Positions 60,930 to 64,000 of a stretch of 64,000 nt of DNA are shown here, piece after piece. Both the position numbers and the translations under genes were made by a program. The notes under the pieces are model-generated. The model saw only the letters and a list, made by a program, of their open reading frames with translations. It was not told the DNA's origin and made no database searches. The stretch spans positions 901,149-965,148 of the forward strand of contig JBFWOS010000002.1 of assembly GCA_050250375.1 (NCBI GenBank), written 5' to 3'. The stretch comes from Candidatus Omnitrophota bacterium. Its GTDB lineage: Bacteria > Omnitrophota > Gorgyraeia > Zapsychrales > Zapsychraceae. The stretch's first letter is position 1; each line of letters opens with the position of its first letter.

Positions 60930-63638
60930 CTATTTAAACCGGATGGGTGGTGTCTGTTCCGTTTGATACTGATCATAGACGGGGTACGGATATCCTTCCG
61001 AATACGGTTGCGGCTGAGGGTATCCGTGATAACGGTAATCCAATTGCTTGACTTGTTCGACCAAATTGACAAATTCGGCCCGGTGACGGTCCGAATCAAC
61101 CCCGCGCGATTGACGCGCTTGTGCAATAACATGATCATAATTGGCATTCCCTTTAAATCTGGAATTTCTCAGTAATAATCCGAACTCGGCCACTGCTCCG
61201 GCAAATTGTAAATCACCTGAAATATACGAGTTCAACTCATTTGTCCTTACAACCCCTTTAATGAGCCGGCTGTGGTCAGATTTAGGTGCCTTAAAACGAA
61301 GCTTCACGGTCATCACTTCATTGTTCGTGAAAAGGTTTTGTTTTTGATATTTTAACGAATCGACCCCTTTGCCCGGATCCATTGGCCTTGCTACCCCGTT
61401 CGGAATAATTTCATAAAGGGCTGTTACCGTGTGGCCGGCTCCGATTTCCCCGGCATCGACCCGGTCATTGTTAAAATCCTCTTTGTTGAGAATCCGGTTT
61501 TCATACCCGATCAACCGGTATGCCTGGACATATTGCGGATTGAACTCGACCTGGATCTTGACGTCTTTGGCGATGGTAAACAGGGTTGAGCCCAGCTCAT
61601 CCACCAGCACTTTTCTGCCTTCATCAAGGGTATCAATATAATAATAATTTCCGTTGCCGTTGTCGGCGATTTTTTCCATCTTGGAATCTTTATAATTACC
61701 CGTCCCAAAACCGAGGATTGATAAAAACACACCGTCTTTCGCGCGTTCTTTAATCAATTCGACCAAATCATAATCATTCTGCATCCCGACATTAAAATCC
61801 CCGTCGCTCGCCAGAATAACCCGGTTATTGCCGTTACGGATAAAATGATCTTTGGCCACCCGGTAAGCCAGTTTGATCCCGGCCTCTCCGGCTGTTGATC
61901 CGCCGGCGCTTAAATTATCAATGGCGGCGTGGATCCGTTCTTTGTACGCACCGGACGTCGAATCAAGATGCAAACGCGCGGACCCGGAGTACGTAACAAT
62001 CGCTACTTTTTGATTCGGCTGTAATTGATTCACCATCATTTTCAGTGATTGTTTTAATAATGGAAGTTTGTTCGACTGATTCATGGATCCGGACACATCA
62101 ATGAGGAATACCAGATTGCTCGGCGGTATTTTATTCTCCGCCGGAACATTTCCCTGTAAACCGATCATCACCAGATAATGGGCGTTATTCCAGGGACAAA
62201 CCCCGCCTTTGGTGGTCACACTAAACGGCTCGCCCCATTTAGGCTTTTCAAAATTATAGTCAAAATAGTTGATCATTTCTTCAATCCTCACGGCATCCGC
62301 CGGAGGAAGCTGTCCCTGCTCGACAAAACGCCGGATGTTGCTGTAAGACGCGGTATCAACGTCAATCGAAAAGGTGGACAACGGCATATTGGCCGCTGAA
62401 AAGAACGGATTTTCGTAAATCGGATCATACTCCTCGGTATTCGGCCGCGGCTGGGGATACGGATAAATCGTCCGTTCCGGTTCCTGATAAATAAGGCGGT
62501 CGACATAATATTCTTCTTCAGGATAACTCATTGCGCGGTCATTCCCGATATAACCGGAGTCATCCGCGTCATAAAATCCTCTTTGAGAACCATAACCAGT
62601 TTTTTCATTAACGGCCGGGGATGAAGCCGGATAATTTTCATATCCATAATTCAACTTAGATTTTCGGGCGACTTGATCGGATGTAACAGCCACCACCGGG
62701 GCTTTTTTATTGTGAGAACTTGACTGCCCGCCTCCCCAAAATTCCACATTGGACACCTCAGATTCTTCCTTAGACTCAGCCGGTGCGCTAATCCCTGAAC
62801 TGACCGTCCCATAACTGGAAGCCTGAAAACCGCCGGAAGCCCGATCACGCCGGGCATCTTTCGCTGCCGACAATTTCCCGCCGGTCCCGGAAACCTGGCC
62901 CAACTGATCGGCAACCGTCGGCTTCTCATAAACCTTCGCCAAATCGTATTCAGCTTGCCGTTTCCCTTCGCCCAATGAAGAATCAAGAGCCGCCGTCCGT
63001 GAAACAGACTGTCCTTCTTTATCACGGGACTCGATAGCCCGTCCACTTTCTTGAAGAGCCGGTTCATTTTTATACACAGATGCCAGGTCATAACCCTCCA
63101 ACCGTTTTTGCGCGGTCTCCCTTAAATTTTCATCATACGTCGGTCTATCAGGCTTTGACTCCCTGTAACCGGCGGTTTGTCCCGGAGCCGAATACTGGTC
63201 ACCGATATCATCAGCGGCCTGTTTCATGCGGGCTTCACCGGTTAAATAATACGGCTCGTAAGCCGCCGTTTGCACATGTTGCTGGATATTCTTTTCGGAA
63301 TACGTCCTTAAATAGACCGCACCGATAATCAAACAAATAGCCGCGGTTACAAATACACCGCCTCCGAGCGTGAGCATGGATTTTCGATTCATGACATTTG
63401 CCTCCCGGAGCTTATCATCAAGAAGAGTTTTCTGGATCTTGTTGGCCATATCGGCGGAAACATCCTCATCCGACCAATCCTTTAAAACTGACGAAAGCTG
63501 AGTCAACTCCTTATAATACTCCTGCCATTCTTTGGAATTAATGATCAGGTCTTCCACCTGCTTTCGTTCTTCTTCGGTTACAAAACCATCTATATAGGCT
63601 GAGATAAGCTCTTTAATTTTTTCGTTATGGTTAATCAT
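60930..63638 (-). CDS. Anti-sigma factor fused to periplasmic VWA (YfbK-like) module
   Basis: N-terminal cytoplasmic anti-sigma region (ELISAYIDGFVTEEERKQVE) and one TM helix. Then a low-complexity linker with an internal repeat (EGYDLASVYKNEP / AEYDLAKVYEKPT). Then a VWA domain with MIDAS (LVFLIDVSGSM...SGGSTAGEAG...ASDGDFNVG) and a DUF3520-like C-terminus. Overlaps the sigma gene's stop. Confidence 0.75.
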   Translation of the reverse strand: MINHNEKIKELISAYIDGFVTEEERKQVEDLIINSKEWQEYYKELTQLSSVLKDWSDEDVSADMANKIQKTLLDDKLREANVMNRKSMLTLGGGVFVTAAICLIIGAVYLRTYSEKNIQQHVQTAAYEPYYLTGEARMKQAADDIGDQYSAPGQTAGYRESKPDRPTYDENLRETAQKRLEGYDLASVYKNEPALQESGRAIESRDKEGQSVSRTAALDSSLGEGKRQAEYDLAKVYEKPTVADQLGQVSGTGGKLSAAKDARRDRASGGFQASSYGTVSSGISAPAESKEESEVSNVEFWGGGQSSSHNKKAPVVAVTSDQVARKSKLNYGYENYPASSPAVNEKTGYGSQRGFYDADDSGYIGNDRAMSYPEEEYYVDRLIYQEPERTIYPYPQPRPNTEEYDPIYENPFFSAANMPLSTFSIDVDTASYSNIRRFVEQGQLPPADAVRIEEMINYFDYNFEKPKWGEPFSVTTKGGVCPWNNAHYLVMIGLQGNVPAENKIPPSNLVFLIDVSGSMNQSNKLPLLKQSLKMMVNQLQPNQKVAIVTYSGSARLHLDSTSGAYKERIHAAIDNLSAGGSTAGEAGIKLAYRVAKDHFIRNGNNRVILASDGDFNVGMQNDYDLVELIKERAKDGVFLSILGFGTGNYKDSKMEKIADNGNGNYYYIDTLDEGRKVLVDELGSTLFTIAKDVKIQVEFNPQYVQAYRLIGYENRILNKEDFNNDRVDAGEIGAGHTVTALYEIIPNGVARPMDPGKGVDSLKYQKQNLFTNNEVMTVKLRFKAPKSDHSRLIKGVVRTNELNSYISGDLQFAGAVAEFGLLLRNSRFKGNANYDHVIAQARQSRGVDSDRHRAEFVNLVEQVKQLDYRYHGYPQPQPYSEGYPYPVYDQYQTEQTPPIRFK

Positions 63639-64000
63639 TATGCCCCTCCTGAATATAGGAAGCTAATTCCACCCTTAACTTTTCACGGGCGCGAAAGATC
63701 AGGATTTTTACATTATCCAGTGAACAGTTAAGGATCTTGGCAATCTCATCATAAGAAAACTGATGATATTCCCTCAATACAATCGCCTCACGTTGCTGAT
63801 AGGCCAGCCGGCTGATTGCTTGTTGAACAACCAAAGCCCGTTCTTTTTTCTCCAGATTTACAGCGGATGAATCGTTCTGATCAGGAACATCCCACTGTTC
63901 ATCGATAGACCGGTCTTTATTGGTAAACGTTAGTGAAAACACTTTTTTAGTCTTTCGGATTTTATCGATACAGCGGTTCCTGGCAATGGTAAAAAGCCAG
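63631..64000 (-). CDS. ECF (sigma-70 family) RNA polymerase sigma factor, 3' portion; gene continues beyond window end
   Basis: Region 4 helix-turn-helix (REAIVLREYHQFSYDEIAKILNCSLDNVKILIFRAREKL). Translating the same frame past 63942 to 64000 gives region-2-like ...WLFTIARNRCIDKIRK..., so the true start lies beyond the window. Confidence 0.8.
   Translation of the reverse strand, partial: WLFTIARNRCIDKIRKTKKVFSLTFTNKDRSIDEQWDVPDQNDSSAVNLEKKERALVVQQAISRLAYQQREAIVLREYHQFSYDEIAKILNCSLDNVKILIFRAREKLRVELASYIQEGHND

Noticed and set aside
60858-61175. 105-aa plus-strand ORF at the VWA anti-sigma 3' end
   Set aside because: It overlaps the C-terminal DUF3520-like coding region on the opposite strand and has no motifs. 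The region between the anti-sigma and cupredoxin genes (60792-60929) is more likely a promoter.

Overview
This is a dense, mobile-element-free stretch of bacterial chromosome with about 42% GC; I found no CRISPR array, rRNA, tRNA or transposase. Almost every long ORF is a recognisable housekeeping or redox gene. From 5' to 3' the window holds: the 3' end of a GltP-type symporter; a glutathione module (GshA-like, gshB, glutaredoxin, BolA, Grx4) convergent with an ApbC Fe-S carrier; ilvBN; class I ribonucleotide reductase nrdAB with candidate NrdR boxes; Fe/Mn SOD, tpx and an aquaporin; a near-complete classical menaquinone cluster (menF-D-B-A-C-E plus ubiE/menG and a hotdog thioesterase; no menH seen); trxB with a two-subunit 2-oxoacid:ferredoxin oxidoreductase; bioB; thiC; an IscA-type protein; a Fur-family-regulated metal ABC importer; aroC, ilvD, leuCD and acnA; and a complete aa3-type cytochrome c oxidase biogenesis cluster (sco1, ctaAB, coxBACD) ending in an ECF sigma/anti-sigma pair. 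The least-explained parts are a 610-aa NMO-like TIM-barrel protein of unusual architecture; a plus-strand operon of a B12-binding radical SAM enzyme, two ferredoxins and four translationally coupled small membrane proteins, two of them below the ORF-track size cutoff; metal ABC permeases with about 90-aa C-terminal cytoplasmic extensions; an amicyanin-like cupredoxin at the head of an oxidase operon whose subunit II lacks a heme-c domain; and a 902-aa anti-sigma factor with a periplasmic VWA module. All functional calls rest on motif-level reading of the translations and on gene context; no database search was possible.
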